Source: Oligoflexia bacterium | Lineage (GTDB): Bacteria > Bdellovibrionota > UBA1018 | Reading direction: 5' to 3' | NCBI GenBank assembly: GCA_963758495.1 | Contig: CAVWVI010000004.1 | Coordinates: 64,001 to 128,000 of the forward strand | Length of the DNA stretch: 64,000 nt | Shown here: in pieces, positions 49,927-58,610 of the stretch | How the letters are laid out: each line of letters starts with the position of its first letter | How positions within the stretch are numbered: the stretch's first letter is position 1 | Notes under the pieces: generated by a model | The model's database searches: none | Told to the model about the DNA's origin: nothing | What the model saw: the letters and a program-made list of their open reading frames with translations, nothing else | Program-made: the position numbers and the translations under genes

Positions 49927-51452
49927 ACTGCTGAACCTGAGCCTTTACTTTCCACGCTATGATTCTGCACCACTAAACCTCGAGCCGGTAGGGATAGCTC
50001 TCCCGCAGGAGGAGAAATGAGACCTCGACTTACGATTCTTTCTTGCGGTAATCGAATAATCAACGTCACACTCATCCCAGCTACACCTGCAGCCATGATC
50101 GCGCCCCCATGGGCTTTGATAATTTTATGAGAAAGCGCCATACTCAAACCATTTTCACTAATCCAGTGTTTGAGAATATCTTGCTCAGGGCCTGCAGCTG
50201 CCGCACGGCCATTTTTAAAGCGCTCTGCATCCTGAATTAAAATCTCAACTCCTCTAAAACTACTCTGAATCGCTTGAGAGACAGAAATAGAGAGATTTCC
50301 ACCTTTAGGAAGAGTCCCGATTACTTTCGATAAAACTTGAATCATCACTCGCTCAAAGCGCCGAGCATCAATCGTCACCCAAACTGGAATCGGTGGGACA
50401 GAAACCAAAATCCGCTTACCTGCATCGGGACCTAAAATAGTTTTAGATACATCCGAAAGAAGCTCAGAGAGATCCACTGTAGACTCATCTAAACGAGACT
50501 CTAACCGATTAATATCAACGATATCATTGAGGTCATCTAGACTGCCCGCAAAAATAGCGAGCCCACGTCTCACAGACTCAGCTGCCTGTACTTGTTGATC
50601 CGCAGGAATTTCTTCTCCTACACCCCCCAATAAGTATTTCCCTGCCTGAAGTAAAGTCAAAGGACTCTTTAAATCAGCTACAATATCCAGAATAAACTTA
50701 TGTCGATCCCTCATATGCTCTTCAACTTCTGAACCTAATTGATTCAAAGCACTTTGAATTTCACTAAATAATCCGGGAAGACGAGGAGGGTTTTTGGGAA
50801 TAGGTTTCCCTTTTTTTAAATCATTTGCATATTGATAAAGTCGATTGAGCGGTTTTGCATACACTATATAATTCTTAAGTATGATACTACAAATGAGCAC
50901 AAGAATTCCTAAGCCCACTCCAATCAAAAGAATCACCGAAGATGACTCAGATCGAGAATTATCAGATTGCATCGTCATCATTCGAGAATCCGCACTTTTT
51001 TCCAAATCTATTAAAGTCTTGAAAATTTTATCATGAAGCTCTTGAACTTCAGAACGTACATAGGCATCCTTGGAGAAAAGCATAGGTTCAATTTGGGCAC
51101 TCAGAGTGATTAATTCAGAGATTTCATCGTTCAGTGCACGCTCACTTGAACGCTCTTCATTGGTTGAATCCAATTGAGATAATTTAGCGACTCCATGAGT
51201 AAAGGACTGCTTGAGTTTACTTTTGATATCCGCCATTTCATCCGGAGAAAGCTTTCGAAAGCCTGAACTCATTCGCCGATATCTTTCAAGATTCAAGCTC
51301 AATGAGTTAATGATCTTTTGTCGCTGATAAAGCGGCTGTAAATAAGCGGTTCTTTCGTGAAGCTGCTGCAATGATTTCCAATGAATCAAAACCACTGACC
51401 CAAGCGAAGCGATTAAAACCAACACAATCCAAAATGAGAATTTTTTAATCAC
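49923..51452 (-). CDS. Degenerate (pseudo) sensor histidine kinase
   Basis: TM-periplasmic-TM-HAMP-HisKA-HATPase layout, but the H-box reads IVADLKSPL (no His) and the N and G1 boxes are lost. Confidence 0.75.
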   Translation of the reverse strand: MIKKFSFWIVLVLIASLGSVVLIHWKSLQQLHERTAYLQPLYQRQKIINSLSLNLERYRRMSSGFRKLSPDEMADIKSKLKQSFTHGVAKLSQLDSTNEERSSERALNDEISELITLSAQIEPMLFSKDAYVRSEVQELHDKIFKTLIDLEKSADSRMMTMQSDNSRSESSSVILLIGVGLGILVLICSIILKNYIVYAKPLNRLYQYANDLKKGKPIPKNPPRLPGLFSEIQSALNQLGSEVEEHMRDRHKFILDIVADLKSPLTLLQAGKYLLGGVGEEIPADQQVQAAESVRRGLAIFAGSLDDLNDIVDINRLESRLDESTVDLSELLSDVSKTILGPDAGKRILVSVPPIPVWVTIDARRFERVMIQVLSKVIGTLPKGGNLSISVSQAIQSSFRGVEILIQDAERFKNGRAAAAGPEQDILKHWISENGLSMALSHKIIKAHGGAIMAAGVAGMSVTLIIRLPQERIVSRGLISPPAGELSLPARGLVVQNHSVESKGSGSAV

Positions 51453-51599
51453 GGGACTCCTTTTCCATGTTTTGGGACTGTCATTGTTACCTAAAATAGT
51501 ATGCCTGAAAAGGCGTTTAGCTCATTTTTTGCAATCCACTAAAAAGAATTTAAAAACAATAGAAAAATCGAGCGTCCCATTTATAATTTAAGTAAGCGC

Positions 51600-51641
51600 T
51601 CAGGCTACAGCCAATCGTATCCACTCATGACTGTAGCCTGA
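51600..51641. terminator. Stem-loop downstream of the cyclophilin gene (possible terminator)
   Basis: TCAGGCTACAG / CTGTAGCCTGA 11-bp stem with a 20-nt loop; no clear U-tract. Confidence 0.4.
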
Positions 51642-51650
51642 AACCCATTA

Positions 51651-52268
51651 TTACGAAGTAATCTTAATCTTTTTGATCTTAATTTCTTTTACAGGCATGT
51701 TATTAGGGCCTGTTTCTGCTGTTGAAATTTTATTGACGATATCCATACCTTGGGTCACCTCGCCAAAAATAGTGTGCTTGCCATTAAGCCAAGGGGTCGG
51801 CTTAACCGTAATAAAAAATTGAGAACCATTCGTATTGGGTCCTGAGTTAGCCATTGCTAAAATCCCTACATGATCAAATTGATCCAAGGAACTCACTTCA
51901 TCCTCAAACTGGTATCCAGGTCCACCGGTACCGTTTCCCAGGGGGTCTCCACCTTGAATCATGAAATCTGGAATCACACGATGAAAGACCGTCCCAGCAT
52001 AAAGAGATTTTCCCTTCACCATTTTATCGCTCTTAGGATCTTTCCATTCCTTTTTTCCAGTTGCTAAACCGATGAAATTTTCCACAGTCTTTGGAGCTTT
52101 ATCAGCAAAAAGTTTCACCTTAATGACACCCTCTGTCGTTTCAATAGTAGCGATTTTTTCGTGTTTTGCGGCTGTACCTTTTTTCTCTACTTTTGCAAAC
52201 GACTGAGATGTCGTAAACAGAAATGGTAAAATAAAAAACAAAGAAGCTTTCTGAAAAGATAATTTCAT
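51651..52268 (-). CDS. Cyclophilin-type peptidyl-prolyl cis-trans isomerase (exported)
   Basis: [48 protein letters not shown]; signal peptide. Confidence 0.95.
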   Translation of the reverse strand: MKLSFQKASLFFILPFLFTTSQSFAKVEKKGTAAKHEKIATIETTEGVIKVKLFADKAPKTVENFIGLATGKKEWKDPKSDKMVKGKSLYAGTVFHRVIPDFMIQGGDPLGNGTGGPGYQFEDEVSSLDQFDHVGILAMANSGPNTNGSQFFITVKPTPWLNGKHTIFGEVTQGMDIVNKISTAETGPNNMPVKEIKIKKIKITS

Positions 52269-52292
52269 AGAAATATTCCCCTTAAATTGTTG

Positions 52293-53012
52293 TTACTTTA
52301 ATGCCGTATAGATTCGATGTACATCATCATGATCATCAATGGCATTTAAAAATTCAGAAACTTCTTTTTTCTGCTCTTCTGGGACTTCTACCAAATTCTT
52401 AGCAATATAATTCATTTCAGAAAGAGTTACGATCCAACCATTTTTAACTAAATACTTACTGACCGAATCTAAATCGGTCGTATCGCAGAAAAATCGCCCT
52501 CCCGCATGACCGGCAGGAATTTCAAAAGCTTCCAAAGTTTCTACATTTTGAGCACCGGCTTCAATCGCCACTGTCTCAAGATCTTGTAATGAAGGGTGAG
52601 TTGCTTCAACTACCCCTAATCGATCAAACATCCAAGTGACACTGCCTATGGCTCCCAACATCCCTTTTCGAAAAAGAACTCGGATATCTGCTGCCGTGCG
52701 ATTCTTATTTTCTGTCAGGCACTCGACCACAACAGGGATTTTATGGGGAGCAAATCCTTCATAAGTAACCAGCTCAAATTGGATTGGGTCGTCTAAAAGA
52801 CCAGCACCCTTTTTAATCGCTCGTTCTATATTGTCCCGCGGAACGGAAGCCTTCCTTGCAGCCTCCACAGCCGCCCTTAATCGAGCATTATTATCAGGAT
52901 TTGGATCCCCGACTTTTGCAGCAACTAAGATTTCCTTCACTAATTTACTGATCAAAGCCCCTCGTTTTGAGGAGTTCTCAATTCTTCCTGCATGTTTCCA
53001 TTGTGCGCCCAT
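52293..53012 (-). CDS. yebC: YebC/PmpR family protein
   Basis: MGAQWK, NARLR, NIERAIKKG, YEGFAP, TENKNRT, DDHDDV. Confidence 0.9.
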   Translation of the reverse strand: MGAQWKHAGRIENSSKRGALISKLVKEILVAAKVGDPNPDNNARLRAAVEAARKASVPRDNIERAIKKGAGLLDDPIQFELVTYEGFAPHKIPVVVECLTENKNRTAADIRVLFRKGMLGAIGSVTWMFDRLGVVEATHPSLQDLETVAIEAGAQNVETLEAFEIPAGHAGGRFFCDTTDLDSVSKYLVKNGWIVTLSEMNYIAKNLVEVPEEQKKEVSEFLNAIDDHDDVHRIYTALK

Positions 53013-53085
53013 AGGGTTCTTTTCCCATATCCTGAGGCCGCGCTCAACGGAGAACTTTAAGGAGTATATTAAAAGTACCAATCCA

Positions 53086-53270
53086 GTGTGTGCTTTCAAA
53101 AAGCCCCGGCAGAGTTATGAGATGAGATCAAGGTTACCACCAGACGCACTCCGAAACACGGAAAGGAGCTAGAATCGTATCGGGTGAGGCACGCGCGACA
53201 GACGAATCGTGTATGAAAACGGGAGCGAATGCAGGCTGTCAAGGGAAGGCGCTTCGCTTGAGTGTCAGGA
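53086..53270 (-). repeat. Left copy of the long inverted repeat flanking the HNH gene
   Basis: Reverse complement of 54642-54856. 53180-53220 matches 54692-54732 perfectly (41 bp); similarity weakens beyond 53237. Confidence 0.95.
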
Positions 53271-53527
53271 GAATAATTTGGCAAACTGAGAACAACTTCT
53301 TGACAAGGTATTTTTATTTTTTCTGAATTTTTTTCAATACTACTGACTTCATTTTAAATACTTGCTACGAGTGCAGTAGCAACTAGCAGAAGAGTCAATG
53401 ACTAAGAGCTGATCCCTAGTACCACTTGTTCATTCTAGGGCCTGTATTGGCTCTCTAAACACAAAAAATCGACCTCAGAAAACTATGTTAAGGTGTTTCC
53501 CAGTCTCAAGCAATAGGAGAAAAGAGA

Positions 53528-54562
53528 ATGGAAATTTTAAGAAAGTTACCTGACCAAGTACTACTCGATCAAACCTCTGCACTGGTCAAAGTTGAACGAG
53601 AAACAACAACTCAAATTTTACATCATTTACAAGAACTGGAAAGAAGACGGTTATTTGCAGTTCTTGGATTTTCCAGTTTATTTTCTTATTGCGTTGAGAG
53701 TTTAGGTTATTCGGAGTCGAGTGCTCAAAGACGCATATCGAGTATGCGGTTGCTGAAAAGTTTGGAGCCAGAAGTTTCCAAAGAAGTAGAAATCAAAATA
53801 CAAGAAGGCAGTCTCTCCCTATCCGTTTTGGCTCAAGCACAATCTTTCTTTCAAGAGGAGGCTAAGGCAAATCATGCTCTTAGTCCTTTAGAAAAAAAGG
53901 AGGTGCTCGGCATGCTTGACGGGAAGTCCGCACGAGCGGCCACGCAAGAATTGAAAAATCTATCCTCTCAAGAAGTCCCTCCTATTCGAGAATATGCTCG
54001 ATCAGCCAGTCATGACAGAACAGAGATCCACCTTGTAGTGAATCAACAAACAATGGAGACACTGGAAAAAATTAAAGGACTTCTAGCTCATTCGCATCCA
54101 AATATTGGATGGGGTGATCTAATTGGAAAAATTTCAGAAATTGCATGGCAGAAGCTTGACCCGAGCCGAGAACCACTCAGCAGGAAAAAAAATACCACAC
54201 CACTTCAGGAGCCATCCGCAGAAGGCACTACGGAATCTTCCTTAATGACAAAGAGTGACATACACCTGGTAGAGCAAACAGCAGTGCCGACATCGGCAGT
54301 AAAAAGAGAGAGAATTTCAACAGCACTCAAACGAGACGTCTGGAGAAAAAGCGAAGGCAAATGTACCTATGTCGATTCTGTGACTGGCAAGGCTTGCAAC
54401 TCAAGACGGTTTCTACAGATTGAGCATCTTCGTCCGGTAGCACTGGGTGGAAAAAATGAACTTTCAAACTGCACCCTTCGCTGCTCCGTTCATAATCAAC
54501 TCTCCGCCATTCAAATTTTCAGTCAGAAGAAAATGGAAAAATATGTACCCAGTTTGAGGTAG
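53528..54562 (+). CDS. HNH endonuclease with N-terminal helical (DUF222-like) region
   Basis: N-terminal 'ERETTTQILHHLQELERRRLF..LGFSSLF.Y....LGYSE.SAQRRI'; C-terminal CTY...C...LQIEHLRPVALGG...N...RCSVHN. RBS GGAG. Confidence 0.88.
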   Translation: MEILRKLPDQVLLDQTSALVKVERETTTQILHHLQELERRRLFAVLGFSSLFSYCVESLGYSESSAQRRISSMRLLKSLEPEVSKEVEIKIQEGSLSLSVLAQAQSFFQEEAKANHALSPLEKKEVLGMLDGKSARAATQELKNLSSQEVPPIREYARSASHDRTEIHLVVNQQTMETLEKIKGLLAHSHPNIGWGDLIGKISEIAWQKLDPSREPLSRKKNTTPLQEPSAEGTTESSLMTKSDIHLVEQTAVPTSAVKRERISTALKRDVWRKSEGKCTYVDSVTGKACNSRRFLQIEHLRPVALGGKNELSNCTLRCSVHNQLSAIQIFSQKKMEKYVPSLR

Positions 54563-54641
54563 CTGAGAAACCATTAAGAATGAATAACGGGTATCGTATT
54601 TGGAGTTTGAAGATGTCTCAACATATCAAATAAACCTCCGT

Positions 54642-54856
54642 TCCTTCACTTTAATCAAAGCCCCCTCCCTCATTAGCCTGCACCCGATCCTGTTTTCATA
54701 CACGATTCGTCTGTCGCGCGTGCCTCACCCGACACGAGTCTAGCACCTTCCCGTGTCTCGGAGTGCGTAGAGTAGCAATCTTGATCTCGGCGGTGCCCCG
54801 ACTTATCATTGATCTCACCTCATAACTCCGACGGGGCTTTTGAAAAAACACACACT
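54642..54856 (+). repeat. Right copy of the inverted repeat, with a 28-bp insertion (20 nt + duplicated TTGATCTC)
   Basis: Aligns to the reverse complement of the left copy. TTGATCTC occurs at both 54781 and 54809, around GGCGGTGCCCCGACTTATCA. Confidence 0.95.
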
Positions 54857-54913
54857 TTACAAAAAAGGTTACACTTTAAATTTCAACCTTTGAATCGCAT
54901 TAATATACTGTTT

Positions 54914-55792
54914 TTACATCCACTGGTAGGAGTAAGTTTCCTGCTTGGGCCAATCTTCAGCCGTTGCTAAGTCCTCACAGAGGGGTCTAATCATATCTTT
55001 AATGTGGCGGGGATAAAAGTCGGTCCTATCCAATCCAGAATGACTAGCCATGATGCTCCAAGGAAATGTTTCCTGAGAAACAAAAGGTCTATCGGGGCAG
55101 TTTTTGTCAAGGTACTCATCTGGTCCACCTAAAATATGCCCTATTTCATGAGTAATGACTTCGCAGTACCTAGGATTGATTTTACCATCTATTTTTGCGC
55201 CATTGTGAACATACCAAACATGAGAAGAGAAGGGGTAAAGATCTGTAGGACTACCATCATTCAGAATAATAGCTTCATCAAAATCGTCTAACCACATGGT
55301 ACTCAGGTATCTTCGCAACGTAAGATCGAGATGAATCCCTGATCTTTCAAAATATTCTTTTACTGTCGGAATACACTCAGAAACTACGCCGATCATTTCA
55401 GCTTCTCGTTGTACAGAACTGTTACCTGCCGCAACACCTAAATGCAGTCGGATATTTGCAAGGCCATCGGAAGCGGGACTCACACGATAGTGGACATCTC
55501 CTCCTTGTGGTCTACCGCCAATCTTGCAAACCGAAAGTGACTCATAATCAACCTTAACCACTCCAGAGCGATTCCCACTAGATACACACCTTCGAACTAA
55601 ATCTTGATTAGCTGTTCTATGCCCTTGAATTTTAGCAATCTCATCAGGAGTGAGAGGTCTTGTTTGATCAGAGACAGGAGGGGGTGTATACGGAGGAATC
55701 ATTCTTTGTCCTCCACAGAAACAGAAGAGAAAAGGCAAAGAGACTAAAGTGAATGCTCTTTGTAAACCGATGAGCTTCATAGCGGGCTCCAT
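54914..55792 (-). CDS. Secreted/lipoprotein zinc metalloprotease (HExxHxxGxxD)
   Basis: HEIGHILGGPDEY plus downstream SIM Met-turn; hydrophobic N-terminus with Cys. Overlaps the upstream gene's stop. Confidence 0.8.
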   Translation of the reverse strand: MEPAMKLIGLQRAFTLVSLPFLFCFCGGQRMIPPYTPPPVSDQTRPLTPDEIAKIQGHRTANQDLVRRCVSSGNRSGVVKVDYESLSVCKIGGRPQGGDVHYRVSPASDGLANIRLHLGVAAGNSSVQREAEMIGVVSECIPTVKEYFERSGIHLDLTLRRYLSTMWLDDFDEAIILNDGSPTDLYPFSSHVWYVHNGAKIDGKINPRYCEVITHEIGHILGGPDEYLDKNCPDRPFVSQETFPWSIMASHSGLDRTDFYPRHIKDMIRPLCEDLATAEDWPKQETYSYQWM

Positions 55793-57864
55793 GCTTTATT
55801 AGTAGGGTCGCAACATCTATTTTCTGTCTTGCTTTTCTTGCCTTCGATCTTGCATTCATCCGTTCTAAATGTCTCAACATCGCCATTTCTAAAATAGAGA
55901 TGTCCAATGATATAAAAATTCCAGTTATTATTTCCAGCCGGATACATATGAAGGAGGAGTTGGCATTGATTGCCTGAGACAATGTCGTTCATCACACTAC
56001 TCAAATCAATTTCTGCAATATTAGTCGTCCAATCTTCCCATTTTTTTCCGTGATCCTCATGGAGTCCCCACTGCCCAAGGTAGTTTCTATCTGACTTTCT
56101 TACGATCTCGATATCCAGCATAGAATTGTGGTCAAGTTCTTGGTTGGTTGTGTGAAACTCTAACTGAACTTTGACTAGATTTTTGTCGTCAATCAACTCC
56201 TCTCGCGTTTTTTCTCTAGGGAGTTTTCCCTGTGGCCACCCAAGATGAAGAGCAGTACAGTCTTTTGGGTTATCGAAGCAAGCTTGTGCTTTTTCATCGA
56301 TTTGTCTGATGATGGCATCGGTCTGACGTTTGTATTCAGAGATTTCAGACTTAGCCACTTTACCCAGCTCAAATTTGTAAGCGCTTATATTTTCCATAAT
56401 CGATTCACACATCTGTGATTTAGCCCAAGCCCGATCACTCGCTTCAGCAAGCTGGAATAACGCTCGTCTTTGTTTTTCTAAAGTAGGCGTCAGAATTGGC
56501 ATGTCTGCCACAACGCTATAAGGGAGTGCGGTCAGTGAAATCAATGAAGGAGATTGATTACTTTGAACATGGATTGCAAGTGCATTTGCATACGAGAGAT
56601 TTGCTCCTAAATCCTCATGATCTGGCAAAACTCCAAGTCCACCTTTTTTAAAAGTTTGTGACTGAACTCTGGATTTGGATTTAATCTCATCCAAAGTTGA
56701 CTTGATAGCGGCGCTGGCACTCCAAGTCAGTCCTGTTGCTGTGAGTTTTGAGTTGAAATCTGATTTTTGTGAAGATGAGCTGGTCTCGATTTTCAGAACA
56801 TGCCAGAACTCACCTCCTGTCGTACGACCTGCGATGAACGAATCACCGCAGCGTCTATAAAACTCCATGGGACTTTGCGCTAATAAATCCTTGCCTGTTT
56901 GGGTGAGTCGATATTGATTCATCAACTCACTTTCGTTCGTAATTCGTGCGTAAATCACAACATAGAGGCTATTTGAGTTCTTTTTAGATTCGTTAAAGTA
57001 ATGAGTGGTCGTGTCTACCCCTACACCGAAAAAACCAAAGGAAGCTTGTGCGTCGATCCCCAGTGAGGACCTCAGTTCTGAAGAATCTTTGGCAATGGAT
57101 ATCTTTCGATACAATACTTGCCCGTGAGGCAATCTGACTCCGCCTTCTGCGAAAGGATCGTTTTGTCCTATTGAATGAAGATTCGCTACTTCAACACACT
57201 CAGAACCTGCAGCTCCGCTTACGGAGTTGTAGCCTCTACCTAGAGTGTGGGGAGAACCTTCTTCTATGGGTAATAGGATTCTACCTCCCACCATGGATTG
57301 TCCTCGGTGCTCTGATTCTCCTTTCTGCGAATGCTTCTCTACAATTCGCAATTCCCAAACTTGATTAGGATGGGTTTCAGGACCATAGCAAGTCCATTGT
57401 TGAACTCGGGTCCCGTTCGAAGCGATGGATGAGATGTCAGCATCCAAGCATTTTCCAGAATGCAGGGCCTTGATGTGAAATCCTCCCCCTTTCGCTGGAA
57501 GTAAATTCCAAAGTTGATTGAATTGTTTATCGCCTCGTGCTTCCCAAATATGAGCTACTGATCCATTGTCTTGGGATTTGCGCGCAATATCTAGGGCTTT
57601 ACCACTGCTTTTAGTTATAATTTGAAAGAAGCCATTTGGACGGACTACTAACTTCCAAAGCTGATGAGCTGATCCATTTCCATGGATGCAATCCCAAAGA
57701 TGAACCTTTCCGCCATTGATCTGCGTTTCTGAACGCTCTACATCTAAGCATCGCCCAGGGGCACTTTTGGATACAATCTGATATTCTAATGCCTCATTTT
57801 GGGTAGCTTGCGCAGAGGTTTGCATCGATAAAAAAACCAACAAACTCAAAAAAGAGTGAATCAT
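55777..57864 (-). CDS. Secreted ricin-B lectin + MACPF-like pore-forming domain protein
   Basis: Signal peptide; three QxW ricin repeats (HQLW, NQLW, NQVW); LGRGYN and FYRRCGDSFIAGRTTGG resemble MACPF signatures. Start uncertain. Confidence 0.7.
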   Translation of the reverse strand: MIHSFLSLLVFLSMQTSAQATQNEALEYQIVSKSAPGRCLDVERSETQINGGKVHLWDCIHGNGSAHQLWKLVVRPNGFFQIITKSSGKALDIARKSQDNGSVAHIWEARGDKQFNQLWNLLPAKGGGFHIKALHSGKCLDADISSIASNGTRVQQWTCYGPETHPNQVWELRIVEKHSQKGESEHRGQSMVGGRILLPIEEGSPHTLGRGYNSVSGAAGSECVEVANLHSIGQNDPFAEGGVRLPHGQVLYRKISIAKDSSELRSSLGIDAQASFGFFGVGVDTTTHYFNESKKNSNSLYVVIYARITNESELMNQYRLTQTGKDLLAQSPMEFYRRCGDSFIAGRTTGGEFWHVLKIETSSSSQKSDFNSKLTATGLTWSASAAIKSTLDEIKSKSRVQSQTFKKGGLGVLPDHEDLGANLSYANALAIHVQSNQSPSLISLTALPYSVVADMPILTPTLEKQRRALFQLAEASDRAWAKSQMCESIMENISAYKFELGKVAKSEISEYKRQTDAIIRQIDEKAQACFDNPKDCTALHLGWPQGKLPREKTREELIDDKNLVKVQLEFHTTNQELDHNSMLDIEIVRKSDRNYLGQWGLHEDHGKKWEDWTTNIAEIDLSSVMNDIVSGNQCQLLLHMYPAGNNNWNFYIIGHLYFRNGDVETFRTDECKIEGKKSKTENRCCDPTNKAWSPL

Positions 57865-58053
57865 GACAATAGGAATTGATTTATATAAATTTTTCACCAC
57901 AGAAACACCTACCCATTTAAACTGAAGTAATTGTTGCGTAGTCTGATAATCAGCCACTACAAAGGGTTTTAGGGTATGTGACGCATGATGTAAATAGTGA
58001 TTTTACATTGCTAATATTAATTTTAGAATCTGTTACTGGTTAAGAAAACTTAA

Positions 58054-58098
58054 TTGATCTCGTCTCATAACTCCGCCGGGGCTTTTTAAAAGCACACT
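58054..58098 (+). repeat. Third, partial copy (terminal ~45-bp module) of the HNH-flanking repeat
   Basis: TTGATCTCGTCTCATAACTCCGCCGGGGCTTTTTAAAAGCACACT versus the left-copy reverse complement TTGATCTCATCTCATAACTCTGCCGGGGCTTTTTGAAAGCACACACT. Confidence 0.92.
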
Positions 58099-58211
58099 CC
58101 ACACCATTGAATCTTTTTTCATGCGTCGAAAGTGTGCTCATCAGCTGACTGATGGTACATATTTTCGGAAAGATAACCGCGGCCATGTTGTTGATGGTAG
58201 GATCGACATTT

Positions 58212-58526
58212 ATGAAAGAGCGAAAAAGAAAAAGCCAACCAGATAATATTGAAAAGTACTGGGAAGAATCTGCTCGCTTTTACGAAAGTGATGCAAGCCT
58301 TAAAGTATTAGAACAAGGAGTTCCCCTTTCTGCTGTTGAAAAGAGAAAACTTCTCGGACCAGGAAAAAAGAAACTCATTTCCGTTTGATTGCCGGAAGAT
58401 GACCTGGAAGCCTTAAGAACCATTGCCAAACGCCATGAACGCTCTTACCAGCAGCTTTTTATTTTAGCCGTAGAACATTTTTTGGACGAATACCATCGAA
58501 GTGGAATTTCTAAAAAACGCTATTAA
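58212..58526 (+). pseudogene. CopG/BrnA-like RHH antitoxin interrupted by an in-frame TGA
   Basis: KKLISV*LPEDDLEALRTIAKRHERSYQQLF reads through TGA 58386-58388; the family consensus is ISxRL...YQ.L. Confidence 0.75.
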
Positions 58527-58610
58527 TTTGCGTCTTGCACATCACACTTGTGATTGGAATATATTCTATTTTTACGGACAACTTTACAACAAAGAACTTT
58601 AAGGAGAACT

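Larger units (their letters stand above)
53086..58098. mobile_element. Putative HNH-associated repeat-bounded element carrying a toxin/protease cassette
   Basis: Three copies of one non-coding terminal module (53086 inverted; 54809 and 58054 direct) enclose the HNH gene and two cargo genes. No transposase or target-site duplication seen. Confidence 0.45.

Noticed and set aside
53096..53284. 62-aa ORF inside the left inverted repeat, and other frames of the repeat
   Set aside because: Differences between the copies show no clear synonymous bias (4 of 9 at third positions in the best frame), the right copy has a 28-bp frame-breaking insert, and there is no consistent start or RBS.
53086..58098. 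CRISPR array, classical integron or canonical IS interpretation of the repeats
   Set aside because: No regular repeat-spacer periodicity or cas genes, no attC consensus or intI, and no DDE/HUH transposase or target-site duplication.
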